From the NCBI GenBank assembly GCA_965222605.1, contig OZ244960.1, positions 4,000,001-4,064,000 on the forward strand: a stretch of 64,000 nt of DNA, written 5' to 3'. Below are positions 49,305 to 60,900 of this stretch, piece by piece (the stretch's first letter is position 1; each line of letters begins with the position of its first letter). The notes beneath the pieces were generated by a model, which was not told where the DNA came from, ran no database searches, and saw nothing but the letters and a program-made list of their open reading frames with translations. The stretch is from Candidatus Latescibacterota bacterium. Its GTDB lineage: Bacteria; Latescibacterota; UBA2968. Both the position numbers and the translations under genes were made by a program.

Positions 49305-50003
49305 ATGCGGATGTTGAGAACGATGTTTAGAACACTATGCCTCGTTGGGGCGGTTCTAATTTCGGTTTCCACGGCTGAAGCCTTAGAAGAAGGCCAGTCG
49401 GGGATCGGGTTTTTCGGGAGTGCAAACGTACCGTTGTTCAAATTTGGCGAGTGGTACTCTGCGTCTCCCAAATTGGGGCTTAGCTACAACTATATAGCCT
49501 CGTCGAGAGTTGTCGCCGAGATTGAGTATCACTATTCTTCGATGCTGGGCGGCGATCTGGATACGCGAGAGTTCACCTGGCCGATTGATAGCCAGAACTA
49601 CCGCAGCCCAAATGTCGATCAAGGCGTGACGTTCAATAGCCTGGTCGCCAGCGCCCTGCTCCATTTCAAGGAAGTGGGCAAAGGCACATCGCCTTATATA
49701 ATGGGCGGCGTCGGGTTTTTCGGATTTTCGAACAAGGTGTCGGGGTTGGTTTTTCCCGGGCAGTCGGGAACGTCCCTGGATACCAGCGTTCTAAATCCCG
49801 CCTTTCACGACAAGGTGGCAGCACTGACGTTCTCATTTGGCGGTGGGATCAGCATCGTGGGGTCCGAGCAATTTGTGATCGATCTCCGCTTGCGGTATAA
49901 TGTGATTATGGGCGAACTCCGTCCCCTGGAGGACTGGGGGCTTGAAAAAGTCTTCCCAATGCAGGCGATAGATCTGGTGGGCGGGATTAAATATTACTGG
50001 TAG
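49305..50003 (+). CDS. Small outer-membrane beta-barrel protein
   Basis: Signal peptide, SPYIMGGVG, alternating beta strands, C-terminal GIKYYW. Confidence 0.85.
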   Translation: MRMLRTMFRTLCLVGAVLISVSTAEALEEGQSGIGFFGSANVPLFKFGEWYSASPKLGLSYNYIASSRVVAEIEYHYSSMLGGDLDTREFTWPIDSQNYRSPNVDQGVTFNSLVASALLHFKEVGKGTSPYIMGGVGFFGFSNKVSGLVFPGQSGTSLDTSVLNPAFHDKVAALTFSFGGGISIVGSEQFVIDLRLRYNVIMGELRPLEDWGLEKVFPMQAIDLVGGIKYYW

Positions 50004-50025
50004 TTCTCACTAAGGAGGTTTTTCG

Positions 50026-53000
50026 ATGTACAGAAAATGTCTGGGTTTTGTTCTCGTTATGATTTTTGCCCTCGGTTTTGTCAGCCTGGCCGAGGCGGCA
50101 ACAACGGGAAAAATTACTGGCCGTATAGTCGATAAGGCTGGAGAGGCTCTGCCGGGTGCCAACGTGTTGGTGGAGGGGACGACCCGTGGGGCAACAACTG
50201 ATGGGGAGGGGTATTATTTTGTCCTGTCTGTCGATCCGGGGACCTACACGGTGAAGGCGTCGATGGTTGGGTACACGGGTGCAACCAAGTCCGATGTGCG
50301 GGTTGCGTCAGATCTGACGACGACTGTGAATTTCTCGCTCAATGAAGCAACTCTGGAACTGGGTGAGTTGACCGTGATTGCAGAGCGGCCCCCGGTAGAG
50401 GCAGATGTGACGGGAAGCCGTTATGTGGTGACCGCCGAGGATATTGCGGTGCTGCCCATTGTCCGCGATCTGGATTCATTTATTGAACTGGAGGCGGGTG
50501 TCAATACCGATGGCACAAATCGGATCCGCAATGCCTTTCTGGGCGGTAATGGCGGCGAATTGGCCGAGTATGTGGTAGATGGTGTGCGCCTGACGCACTC
50601 GGACGGGCGGCGTGGAACAGGCAACCGTGGAGGTACGCGGAACTGGAGCGGCGATGTCAATACGTCGGCGATTTCAGAGATCACGGTGTTGGCCGGCGGG
50701 TTGAATGCCGAATACGGCAATACCGGTTCCATCCAGATTATAACCAAAGATGGTGGTCGGGACTACCACGGACAGTTTCACTATCGGTACTCGCCAGCGC
50801 AACAGAAGCACTGGGGCAACAATGCTTACGATAGCTTCGTACATCAGGGTCGGCTGCAATATGGCGATTCTGAGTGGGCCAATGAAACAGCCAATGGTCG
50901 GAAGGTGCATCAGCGGCCTTCGAGCGATTATACAGATGTGCAAGGGCATTTTTTAGAGACATCTCTTTCGGGGCCTATTAACCGTGATCTGTCGTTCTTT
51001 GCCACCACAAAGCACGATATTCAGGCGCGGAACCTGCCCCAGCCGACTGAGCGCGAGCCATTTAACGCGGATGTGAGCTACAAAGTGACCTATAGCGCCA
51101 CGCCCGATATCAAGCTCCGTGTGGGTGGGCTGTATTCCAGCCGCCAAGGTCGCTATGCAGACAGCTTTAATTCCAGGGCAATTTTCCTTGAAGAACGCGG
51201 ACGCTATGGGGGTGAGTGGCAAGTGACGGACAACATGTTCTATGTGTCCAGCATCCACACCCTATCGGCAAAGACGTTTTACGAGGTGCGGCTGTCGTAT
51301 ATTGCCAGCAAGCAGGATACTCTTGACATCCCCAGTACGACGGTGAATCCATCCTTAGACAACGAAGGGTGGTACTACACCGATTCCGGGCAGGTGCGGG
51401 ATCTGCGCGTCGGGCAGCAAAACAAGCTGGCAGCGCGGTTCGATCTGGCCAGCCAGGTGACCCGCACGCACTTTCTGAAGGGCGGTTTTACATTTTATCG
51501 CTACGACAACTGGAAGACCGAGACCTACGAAGATGTGGATGAGCGGAATCGATGGCTGATTTACTGGGGCAAGCGCTATGAACCCGGTGTGGGGATTACG
51601 CCCACCGAGCTCCACGCTTATGTGCAGGACAAGATGGAGTTTGAAGGACTGATCATCAATGCGGGCTTCCGCTACGAGCGGTATAGCGGCGGAGTGGTTC
51701 CCCTCCATCCCTATCAGGGCGCGCCGATGGGCTACAACTACACGCGCTTCCGGAACCATACGATGTATGGCGATATGCAGCCGATGAACTGGTTTATGCC
51801 CCGGGTTGGGATATCGCATCCGATTACGGCCAAGTCGAAGATTCACTTCTTCTACGGGAAGTTCCACACCCGTCCGGACTTCCAGCGGATATACCAGCAG
51901 AACTGGCGGGCGACGGGGCCGCACTCGATCGATCGCAACAACGATGGAAACATCAGTGCTGAAGAGTACAACAACAACCTGGTCCGCAACGACTCGTTTG
52001 GCTCGGGATTTGTGATTGATCAGTTCTTCTCCTTGCAGCATTCGCAGGTCTCTACGGCTTTTGAACTGGGCACGGAGTGGAATTTCATCAGCGACTATTC
52101 CTTCCAGGGTACTGCCTATTACCGCATCACCAATGGATTTTTGAGTGTTAATACTGCTCGCTTCCAGGACCCACAGATTGGTAGCAAGGCCAAGACTCGT
52201 TCGCAGGGTCCGAGAGGCCACACCACGACCCGTGGTATCGAACTGGCATTGAAGAAGGGGTTGAAGCACAACTTCTCGTTCAAAGCCGCACTCAATTTCG
52301 GCTGGGGCGAGCGCCTGACCATTGGCGGCACCAAGCGGGGCAATATGGGCGGCAATATTTATCCGGATGCATCGTATATTGCCGATCCCAACCGGTACTG
52401 GGTACAGCACACGATTGACCCGAATACGGGTGCAGAGATCCCCGCTCCGCCGACCGGCGCCAAGTTGGAGGAATTGAAGGCAAAGGCGCAGGAGGTAGTA
52501 GATAAGGGTCTGGCTGGCGAGTTCGGCGTGGGTGCGATGTATGCGACCAACGATGGGAAATTTTATCCCCTGTGGGAGCAGAGCGGGCTGTCCAGTGAGG
52601 AGCGAGCAGCGCTGCAAGGGCTTTACGCCTTTTCGACGACGGGCTGGAGTGTGGAAGGCGGGCGCAGCGATGCCACGCGGACAAATGGGAGCCTGGTGCT
52701 GGTCTATGCCAGCCCACCCGATTTTGGTCCCGGCGAGATGTTCTGGGGCAGCAAGCTGTTCGGCGATGTTCGGGTGAACATGATCTACCGCATCTTCACG
52801 GGGCGAATCTTCGATTTCCAGGATCCGAAAACCAGTCTGAACCTGAAGAAAGAGGGTCCCACGATCTCGTCGGTAGATTTCAGCTTCCAGAAAGGGTTCA
52901 ACATCAGGGGCATCCGCCCGTTGCTTTATGTGGAGATCGAAAATTTGTTCAATTTCAAAGGCTCGCCATCCACGAGCGCAGACTACGTGCGGTGGGGATT

Positions 53001-53121
53001 GCTTGAATCACAGCCTACCAATCCGTTGTTCGTGCAGTTCGGCGGCGATGCCAGTGAGTTGAGCAGATATACGAGGACCGATCCGCGTTTGGTATTTGCA
53101 GGGTTGCGGTTGACCTGGTAA
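50026..53121 (+). CDS. TonB-dependent receptor with N-terminal carboxypeptidase-regulatory-like domain
   Basis: TGKITGRIVD..GEALPGANV, YVVDGV, GG.NAEYGN plug motif, QDKMEFEGLIINAG.R, PRVGISHPIT, C-terminal W. Confidence 0.92.
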   Translation: MYRKCLGFVLVMIFALGFVSLAEAATTGKITGRIVDKAGEALPGANVLVEGTTRGATTDGEGYYFVLSVDPGTYTVKASMVGYTGATKSDVRVASDLTTTVNFSLNEATLELGELTVIAERPPVEADVTGSRYVVTAEDIAVLPIVRDLDSFIELEAGVNTDGTNRIRNAFLGGNGGELAEYVVDGVRLTHSDGRRGTGNRGGTRNWSGDVNTSAISEITVLAGGLNAEYGNTGSIQIITKDGGRDYHGQFHYRYSPAQQKHWGNNAYDSFVHQGRLQYGDSEWANETANGRKVHQRPSSDYTDVQGHFLETSLSGPINRDLSFFATTKHDIQARNLPQPTEREPFNADVSYKVTYSATPDIKLRVGGLYSSRQGRYADSFNSRAIFLEERGRYGGEWQVTDNMFYVSSIHTLSAKTFYEVRLSYIASKQDTLDIPSTTVNPSLDNEGWYYTDSGQVRDLRVGQQNKLAARFDLASQVTRTHFLKGGFTFYRYDNWKTETYEDVDERNRWLIYWGKRYEPGVGITPTELHAYVQDKMEFEGLIINAGFRYERYSGGVVPLHPYQGAPMGYNYTRFRNHTMYGDMQPMNWFMPRVGISHPITAKSKIHFFYGKFHTRPDFQRIYQQNWRATGPHSIDRNNDGNISAEEYNNNLVRNDSFGSGFVIDQFFSLQHSQVSTAFELGTEWNFISDYSFQGTAYYRITNGFLSVNTARFQDPQIGSKAKTRSQGPRGHTTTRGIELALKKGLKHNFSFKAALNFGWGERLTIGGTKRGNMGGNIYPDASYIADPNRYWVQHTIDPNTGAEIPAPPTGAKLEELKAKAQEVVDKGLAGEFGVGAMYATNDGKFYPLWEQSGLSSEERAALQGLYAFSTTGWSVEGGRSDATRTNGSLVLVYASPPDFGPGEMFWGSKLFGDVRVNMIYRIFTGRIFDFQDPKTSLNLKKEGPTISSVDFSFQKGFNIRGIRPLLYVEIENLFNFKGSPSTSADYVRWGLLESQPTNPLFVQFGGDASELSRYTRTDPRLVFAGLRLTW

Positions 53122-53133
53122 GCAGGCACAGTG

Positions 53134-53165
53134 CCGCGGTGTGGGCGGAGTGTCCACACCGCGGA
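53134..53165 (+). other. Strong intercistronic hairpin without U-tract
   Basis: CCGCGGTGTGG..CCACACCGCGG. Confidence 0.6.
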
Positions 53166-53188
53166 TCCAACTTAATAGAGGATATGAC

Positions 53189-55693
53189 ATGAAAATGTAT
53201 GCGAAATTTTCTCGCACGGCCGGGGCAATCCTTGTGGGAATCTTTGTGATGTCGCTGGCCTGCGAGGTAGCCGCTCAGAATATTCCTCGGCTACCGTGGC
53301 GCAACCTGCGGCGCAGCAAGCTCTGGACGGGGCTGATGAACACGGGCATGCACGGTCCGGATCGAGATGGGAGCCGGCGCGCCAGCATGGAGGGCGTGAC
53401 CTACCCGGGTCGCAACCGCTTGCCGGGCAGTTTGTGGGATAGTCGCGGATGGCCGGGGTCCAATCAGTGGGTGCAAAACTATTTGCTGAGAACGGCCACA
53501 GCGCGGAGCCTGGGAACATTTATTATTACCAGGCCCGACCCATCAGAATACACGCCCTCGCGCGGCAAAGAACTCGTGGTATCGTTTACGAGCTTGACCA
53601 CCAGCCCGGATATCACGCCGATGGCGTATCCAGTGAGTACGGAAATCGAAGGGCAAATGGGTGTGGGGATGGACCCACAGCATCCGCTCAAGGGAGTTCC
53701 GATCGCGGAGGCCAAGAACTGGTATCCGGGGCAGCCGCACCCGGGTGTGGACAATATTGTGGAGATCCACAACTGGGATTTCCATACGTATATGAAGCCA
53801 GAGCACAAGCGGTTTGGAGAACTGGTGGCGATTGCCAAGTGGACGACAGAGGCCGGGATCCAGGGCACGAAGAAGATCTACCAGTGGACGTTCCGTGACT
53901 GGGACGACTTCATCATTGTGGAGAATGTGTTTGAGAACACGGGAGACTCCGACGGCGATGGCGTTGCCGACTTGAACGGTGGTGCTGGACTGAACCTGAA
54001 GGATGTTTACTTCGCGTTTTACAACTATTTCTGGCCCACAGAAGGCGGCACGGCCAATCGCGACCGAGTAGATAGAGCGCGCGGGTACTACTACTGGCTG
54101 TTGCGCCGGCAAGAGTCGGAGAACTACAATGTGATCCAGGACGATGTGTACCGCTACACCGAGGCGGCTAACTATGGGACAGCTGACCCGAATCACGCGG
54201 ATGTGGCTGACGCTGTGGGCATGAAGATGAGCTATGCGTTTGACTGGGACTCTCCGCTGACGGCGCACGACGATGCGGGCGACCCCCACCAGCCAGAAAG
54301 CCAGTGCTGCTGGGGGCGGCTGAACTTCCAACTGCGCGGAGAACTCCTGGCCGGGCAGTACGTGGGGGCGATTCCGATTGACTACACGCCGCCTTTTGTG
54401 AACGACGACTATGCAAATTACATAGCTCCAAAGGTGGCAGAGCAGCCCTTTGCTGCGCCGTGGTTCACCCACAAAGAAGAACCGGACATCAACCGGCACA
54501 GCACCGACGAGATCGGTATTGCGCTGGTGTCGGTGGCTAAGCCGGGCGAGCGGGTGAGCATGTACAATATCGCCGGACGCACGGGCTGGCCGGACAATCC
54601 GACTGCACCTCTGCCAGTGCAGGACAACCCCACGCGACGGGGCGAGACTCCCGAGCAACCCATGTCGCCCAACTGGCATGCGTTTTCTCACACTTATGGT
54701 CCCTACGATTTGCAAAAGGGAGACCGCGTGAAGATCGTGACGGCTTTTACAGCATCGATGCCAGTAGAGGAAAATATGTGGGGCTGGCAGCGGAATATCC
54801 CGCAGAATCAGGCCGATTTGCACACGGACAAGGCCATGCGGAATTTGATGAGGCACGCACAGCACGCACAGGCGATGTACGAACTGGGCGGCGATGTGCC
54901 ACTCCCGCCGCCGGATATCCACACCTGGATCGCGAACACACCGGCAGCTACGGCCAAAATTAGCTGGCAGAGCATCGACGATCTGGAAGATCCCGATTAT
55001 GCGGGTACTGCCGAGGCCAAGGATATTGCAGGCTACCGGCTTTACCGCAGCGATTTTTACTTCGACAACTGGCAACTCCTGAAGGATATCAAGGTCGGAG
55101 ACGCAACCCACAAAGAAGGTGATCGGTATTCTTACACCGACGATACATCTCTGGCCGGATTTGCGTACTACTATGCGGTGACGGCTTATGACACCGGGCA
55201 CAGCACCTGGACCAGTAGCGATGGCAGCAAGACGCTGTCCGATTTGCCACCGGCTGCCCAGCAGTCGGTGCAGAGCGGGCTGGAGAGCGGATTATCTGCT
55301 CCCGAGCAGTTCTTCCGGTACTCATGGATACCCACGAGTCCGGCAGTGGCCGCTTATGCAGAGGCCGAACGCCTGGAAGCGAAGGTGTCTGTGGTGCCCA
55401 ATCCCTTTTTGGCCGATGGTTCTCACGCTTATGAAGGGTCGGATAAAATTCGGTTCGTGAATTTGCCGTCCAGGTGCAATGTGAAGATTTTCTCGGTTTC
55501 CGGAGATCTGATGTCGGAGTTTGACCACGATAATCCGACGGTTGGAGAAGCGGAATATATCCAGCTCACCAAGGCGGTGACAGGACAGGTTCCGGCCGGG
55601 GTCTATTTCTTCGTGGTGAAGTCCCTGACGCCAGAAAGCAATGGAAAGATCCAGCGCGGGACATTTGTGGTGGTCGGGGGATCTGTCAGGTAA
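53189..55693 (+). CDS. Large exported protein with FN3-like domain and T9SS-CTD/FlgD-like C-terminus
   Basis: Signal peptide; GYRLYRS..YYYAVTAYD; VVPNPF..IRFVNLP..C.VKIFSVSGDL...VPAGVYFFVV. Confidence 0.78.
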   Translation: MKMYAKFSRTAGAILVGIFVMSLACEVAAQNIPRLPWRNLRRSKLWTGLMNTGMHGPDRDGSRRASMEGVTYPGRNRLPGSLWDSRGWPGSNQWVQNYLLRTATARSLGTFIITRPDPSEYTPSRGKELVVSFTSLTTSPDITPMAYPVSTEIEGQMGVGMDPQHPLKGVPIAEAKNWYPGQPHPGVDNIVEIHNWDFHTYMKPEHKRFGELVAIAKWTTEAGIQGTKKIYQWTFRDWDDFIIVENVFENTGDSDGDGVADLNGGAGLNLKDVYFAFYNYFWPTEGGTANRDRVDRARGYYYWLLRRQESENYNVIQDDVYRYTEAANYGTADPNHADVADAVGMKMSYAFDWDSPLTAHDDAGDPHQPESQCCWGRLNFQLRGELLAGQYVGAIPIDYTPPFVNDDYANYIAPKVAEQPFAAPWFTHKEEPDINRHSTDEIGIALVSVAKPGERVSMYNIAGRTGWPDNPTAPLPVQDNPTRRGETPEQPMSPNWHAFSHTYGPYDLQKGDRVKIVTAFTASMPVEENMWGWQRNIPQNQADLHTDKAMRNLMRHAQHAQAMYELGGDVPLPPPDIHTWIANTPAATAKISWQSIDDLEDPDYAGTAEAKDIAGYRLYRSDFYFDNWQLLKDIKVGDATHKEGDRYSYTDDTSLAGFAYYYAVTAYDTGHSTWTSSDGSKTLSDLPPAAQQSVQSGLESGLSAPEQFFRYSWIPTSPAVAAYAEAERLEAKVSVVPNPFLADGSHAYEGSDKIRFVNLPSRCNVKIFSVSGDLMSEFDHDNPTVGEAEYIQLTKAVTGQVPAGVYFFVVKSLTPESNGKIQRGTFVVVGGSVR

Positions 55694-55745
55694 TCGGCGG
55701 GCGGTAGGTCTGTGCCTATCGCCCCTCTGAATAAGGAGTGCAAGT

Positions 55746-56687
55746 ATGTATAAAAAAGTTTTTGTCATCTGCGTGCTCGCCACGACACTGATGGCCGTTC
55801 CAGCAGATGCAGGTGGGCTTATCAAGCGGCCGGACTTGACAATCTTCTCACCCCTTGCGGTGGCGCAAAGCCCTCGAGCCGTGGCAATGGGGAGTGCTTA
55901 TGCAACTATCGCAGACGATGTCAATGCCGCGTGGTGGAATCCAGCCGGGATGACAGGCGTGGAGAAAGTGGAAGTGTCGCTGAGCCATTCGATGTGGTTC
56001 GTAAATTCTAAATTCAACACCGGGGCTATAGCTTATACAAGCGGTGTGCATACCATCGGGGTCAGTATCCTGACCTTTAAGCCAGAGGATGTAGAGGAGA
56101 CCACGATTTTGCAGCCGGGAGGCACGGGTCGAATCCTCAGCCTGGGCACATCGGCTTTTAGTCTCATTTATAGCCGCAAGTTCACGGACAAGCTGTCCTT
56201 TGGCATCCGATTTATGTTGGCTCGCGAGGATCTGGACCTGACCAACCACACGACTTTCAATGTGGATTTCGGCACCAAGTTCTACACCGGGCTTGGCAGC
56301 CTGAGACTGTCAATGGCACTGCGGAACTTCGGAAAGGACACAGAGGTGTTGCGGCGGCAGTTCCAGCAACCTCTGTCGTTCAATCTGGGAACCGCTGCCG
56401 AGGTCTATGGGCAGCAAGGCGATCCGTTTTATATCACCGGGGCGTTTGAGATGAACTTCCTGATCAACTGGGAAGAGCGCTACCATGTGGGCGGCGAAGC
56501 CTGGGTGGGCAATATGCTGGCGCTGAGGGCGGGGTATATGTTCCGCTACGATTCCTTTGGGGTTACAGCAGGTGCAGGCGTGAAGTTGCCCCTGGTCGGG
56601 ACAAAGATCACGGCGGATGTGGCGTGGCAGCAGTCCAAACACGATCTGAATACACCCTTGCGGTTTGGGGTGGGTTTCGCATTTTAG
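55746..56687 (+). CDS. PorV/PorQ-family outer-membrane protein
   Basis: SPRAVAMGSAY..IADD.NA.WWNPAG; C-terminal F. Confidence 0.85.
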   Translation: MYKKVFVICVLATTLMAVPADAGGLIKRPDLTIFSPLAVAQSPRAVAMGSAYATIADDVNAAWWNPAGMTGVEKVEVSLSHSMWFVNSKFNTGAIAYTSGVHTIGVSILTFKPEDVEETTILQPGGTGRILSLGTSAFSLIYSRKFTDKLSFGIRFMLAREDLDLTNHTTFNVDFGTKFYTGLGSLRLSMALRNFGKDTEVLRRQFQQPLSFNLGTAAEVYGQQGDPFYITGAFEMNFLINWEERYHVGGEAWVGNMLALRAGYMFRYDSFGVTAGAGVKLPLVGTKITADVAWQQSKHDLNTPLRFGVGFAF

Positions 56688-56706
56688 TCCGCTGTGTTGA
56701 GCATGT

Positions 56707-56741
56707 AAAAAGGCGACCGAGTTTTTCGGTCGCCTTTTTTT
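56707..56741 (+). terminator. Bidirectional intrinsic terminator
   Basis: AAAAAGGCGACCGA-GTTTT-TCGGTCGCCTTTTTTT. Confidence 0.88.
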
Positions 56742-56768
56742 GATTTTGCCATCTCTCTATTTTTTATA

Positions 56769-56945
56769 TGGGAAGAACGTTTCAAGCACCACGAAAATGC
56801 TGAACACGATAGCGGATATACTCCCTCAAGGTTTAAGGGATGTGTTAATTCCTGGGTTAGACGTGTTAATTTCGTCAATAACTGTTAGAAGAACCAGGCA
56901 ACGGACTCGGCACAGCATATCAGGAGGTTTTTGCTGGCCGCTGCC
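56769..56945 (+). pseudogene. Relic of a paralogue of the giant gene's C-terminal domain fused to its 3' flank
   Basis: Translates WEERFKHHENAEHDSGYTPSRFKGCVNSWVRRVNFVN (cf. 44383-44494), then matches 45497-45565. Confidence 0.88.
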
Positions 56946-57180
56946 TATAAAAAAAATGATTGCATAGCTGATGTATTTTTTTTACATTACATCGAATTTT
57001 TGGAAACAATTTTGAAACAAACTTTTAATCTGTTATGTCTTGATGGCTATTTTTGCGTTGTATGTTTCAGATATGATAACAAAAAAAAGGAGGTGATGGA
57101 TGGAGATAAATTTGTTTTGCGTTGCATAGTAAAGTTGTTGAGTCGTTCATTTTTCGCAGTTTGCGAAAGGAGGTAGCACT

Positions 57181-57954
57181 TTGAGATGGTTTAAAGTTTT
57201 AAGTTTTGTCGTGGCAGGTGTGTTGGCTTCGGCAAGCATGTCATCGGCACAGGTTGCCGACAAATGGGGTTTGGGCGGGTTTGTCAGCTATACGAATCCC
57301 ATGTTCACATTTGGTGAACGGTTTGGCAGTGGCGTAAATAAATGGGGGCTTACAGCCAGTCGTGTGACCAGCTCTCGCCTGACCATTGAAGCCGAGTATC
57401 ACCACACTCAGATGGATGGTGGCGTCTTGGAAAGCGGTGAGTTTTCCTGGTCCCCAAAGGCTTTGACAGCCAAACAATATAGCAGCAAAGATATCAACCC
57501 GAACAGTTCACACACGAATCGCTTTAATAGTGTGCTATTGTCCGGGTTGTGGTTTTTTAATGCGGACCGTTCAATGGATGAGGGGAGTTTTTCGCCCTAT
57601 ATCGTTGCAGGTGGCGGTTTGTACGATCACAAGACCGTAGCAGAAAATATCGTTTGGCCCGGGCAGAGTCCGACCGATGCCAACGGTGTAGATGCGACGA
57701 ATGTGGATGCCCAGGGCGATATCTTGCCCCAGGTGGTGATGGACCGTCAGGAAGATACGCGTACGGCCGTGACCGCAGTTTTGGGGTTGGGGTTGGAAGC
57801 GCATTTGACGCAGACGATCGCGCTGGATGTGCGTGCGCGGTATCATTTTATTCTCGGCGAATTCCGCCCTCGAGATGCGTGGGGCCTGGACAAGGCATTT
57901 CCGCTTCAGATGTTTGATCTGAGTGCCGGGTTCAAGTTTTATTTTTGGGACTAA
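57181..57954 (+). CDS. Small outer-membrane beta-barrel protein, paralogue of 49305
   Basis: AGGAGG RBS + TTG; shared GE.RP...WGL.K.FP.Q..DL..G.K(Y/F)..W C-terminus. Confidence 0.85.
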   Translation: MRWFKVLSFVVAGVLASASMSSAQVADKWGLGGFVSYTNPMFTFGERFGSGVNKWGLTASRVTSSRLTIEAEYHHTQMDGGVLESGEFSWSPKALTAKQYSSKDINPNSSHTNRFNSVLLSGLWFFNADRSMDEGSFSPYIVAGGGLYDHKTVAENIVWPGQSPTDANGVDATNVDAQGDILPQVVMDRQEDTRTAVTAVLGLGLEAHLTQTIALDVRARYHFILGEFRPRDAWGLDKAFPLQMFDLSAGFKFYFWD

Positions 57955-57969
57955 AGGAGGTAAAAGTTG

Positions 57970-60900
57970 ATGCATAAGTTATTAAAGACACTTTCAATAG
58001 TTGCACTGTCCTTGCTCGTTGGCGCGGGTGTTTCTTATGCCGCGACAACGGGAAAAGTGCAGGGTACAGTGCGCGACGCGCAGACGGATGAGGTCGTGCC
58101 GGGTGCCAATGTGGTGATCGATGGCACACAGCGCGGTGCCGTTACCGATACCGATGGATTTTTTCTTATTTTGCTCGTCGATCCCGGCTCGTATTCAATG
58201 ACGGCCTCGCTGGTGGGTTATGATGCACAGCGTCAGACCGATATCAGGGTTCAAACTGACTTGACGACGACGGTTGAATTCCAGATTCGGGAAGCAACGC
58301 TGGAATTGGGTGAAATCACGGTGATTGCAGAGCGCCCGCCCGTTGAGCCAGATAAGACGACGAGTAGGTATATTATGAGTGCCGAGGATCTGGAAGCCGT
58401 GCCCATCGTGCGCGATATGGGTCAGTTTATCGAGCTTCAGGCTGGTGTTTCAATCGATGCCGATGGTAATGAGATTATGATCCGCGGCGGCGATCCTGAC
58501 CATGTGGCATACATAGTGGATGGCGTTCGCATTGCTGCGAGTGCTCGCACGGGTATTGGGCGGAACCTGAACAAGAGTGCGGTTCAGGAACTCCAGGTGA
58601 TCACAGGCGGTTACAACGCCGAGTATGGCAATGCCCAGGGTGGTGTGGTTTCGATGGTGACGCGCGATGGTGGTTCGTCATACAGCGGTATGCTGGACTA
58701 TCGATTCACACCTTCGGGACAGAAGCACTGGGGTGCGAATGTGTACGATTCGCCTATGCACCGGGGCAATAACAAATGGGATAATCCCGACTGGGTTGCA
58801 GAGCAGATCGAGATCCCCGCAGACCTGGATGGCGATGGTGCCAATGACATCGTGCAGGCGCACAAGCGTCTGGACTACACGGGCAAAATGGGACATCGCA
58901 TCGATGGCAATATTGCGGGTCCTTTGAGCCAGGATCTGACATTTTTTGCCAGTACGGTCTGGCGCAAAGAGCCAGCGGCATTGTTGAGTGCCGATTTGAC
59001 GACGCCCCCGAATACGCGCAATACGGCGAAGCTGACGTTTTCTGCATCTCCCAGCTTGAAGTTGCGAGCAGGAGGGATTTACAATCGCCGCCAGGGTACC
59101 TTTGGCGGCCCAGGCGAAGGCGGCAGGTTGGATTTGCGCAATAGTGGTAAAAATATCTTTTTACACGTCGTAAATCCAACGGGTAAACTCATTTCCACAG
59201 ATGCGTTGTTTTACGGTGCTGTGACGCATTCTCTGTCGCCCAAGACCTTCTACGAAGTGAATCTGGCCTATTCGACTACTGTCCGCGACACAACGGGTTT
59301 TCAGCGCCACTTTAATGTGGGCGAAAATCTGACGTCTTCCAGCACAAAGGATGCGGCAGGGCACTACACGATTTACCGCGAAACGACCAACTGGAGCATA
59401 TGGGATTACAAGCGGTTGAGCTTTAAGGCAGATCTTTCCAGCCAGGTGAACAAGCAAAACTTTGTGAAAGTCGGCGTGGAAGTGATCCGATACAATAACT
59501 GGTATCAGCAGCGGCACTCAAATGGTCCCACGCACCGCAGTATTCGCTGGTTCTCCAAGAACTATACAGATACCGCATTCTGGCCAAATGGGAACAATAT
59601 GGGCCTCAATCCCCTTGATTTTGGCGTTTATATTCAGGACAAGATCGAGTTTGAGGGGATGATTGTGAATGCGGGCATGAGGGGCGAGCTTTTCTTCCCG
59701 AACACCTATATCAAAGACTCCGATGCCTGGTACGGTGCTAAGGCTCCGTGGGCTGGCATGACGCGTTCTGCCTATATTCCCACAGTCAAGGGCCCCTTGA
59801 TCAAAGCATTCCAGCCTCGCGTTGGCGTGTCGCATCCGATTACGGAAAAGAGTCTCGTGCGCTTTTTCTATGGTCGGTTTGTGCAGCGCCCGACTTTGTC
59901 CCAAATGTTCCAGAACCAGTTCACGTCCAATGAGGCCGTGGACAGGGATCTGAATGGCAATAGCGTGATTGATCCCGGCGAACAGTTCAACGAGTTCAAT
60001 GACTCGGGTTCACGGCACGGCACTCCGTACTTGCCTCCCGAAGAAACCACTTCTTTTGAAGTGGGCTTAGACTGGAACTTTGTGGGTGATTATGTGCTCG
60101 GTCTGACGACTTATTACAAAGCGTCGGGCAACGAGATCAGAAGTGCCTCACAGCAGTGGATTGATCCAGGAGGTCACCAGTATGTGACGGGTATTCAAGG
60201 CCATGGGCCGGGCAACTGGCGCGATGTTCGCGGTTTTGAGATCAATTTGCGCAAGAAATTCTCGAACATGTTCGCGTTCAATGTGGGCTACAACCTGCAG
60301 TGGGCAGACGGAGGGCGCAATAGCGCGCACCGCCGCGATGTATGGCCCGACTCTCAGTTCGTAGCCAGTGGGTACTACTGGAACACCTGGGATGTCGATC
60401 CCACGACAGGTGTAGAGAGTCCCGTGTCATTGCAGGAAAAAGCGCGTCGCGAAGGCCTGGCTGAAGATTTCTACGTCACCAAGTATGGTGAACAGGCGAA
60501 TCTTTATTTGAGGTCTCAACATACCAGAATAGTGAATTTCAGAGGCACCGGTGGTGCGTGGTCGTGGATTCCGTGGTATTCTCACTATTCGTCAGAGGGG
60601 GCGCAGTTTATTGCCGATGAAGCCCGCACGAGTTTAGGTCATTACGACGATGGAGACAGGGAATACTGGGAACGCGCTGGCAACCATCCCGGCAATCCGG
60701 GAAGTGGCGAAGGCACGTTGATGGTGGCGCACAACCAGGAATCTGGCGAGCGCGCCCCGCTGACCGCCGACCGCCGCAGTTTTGGTTCGATTACGTTCTT
60801 ATTTGCGACGCCATCGAACTACGGTCCTTTTGGTGGCAGAGCACTGGGCAATATTCGCTCCAATCTGGTGTATTATCTTTACGCGGGTAACAGGTTTACG

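Noticed and set aside
53543-55201. Long antisense ORFs (also 5404-6285, 27748-28935, 30744-32132, 32690-34072, 45623-46831, 51355-52617)
   Set aside because: Mirror frames of well-supported genes with no recognisable motifs
56740-57176. Small ORFs 56740-56967 and 56931-57176
   Set aside because: Off-frame readings of the gene relic and the AT-rich promoter region
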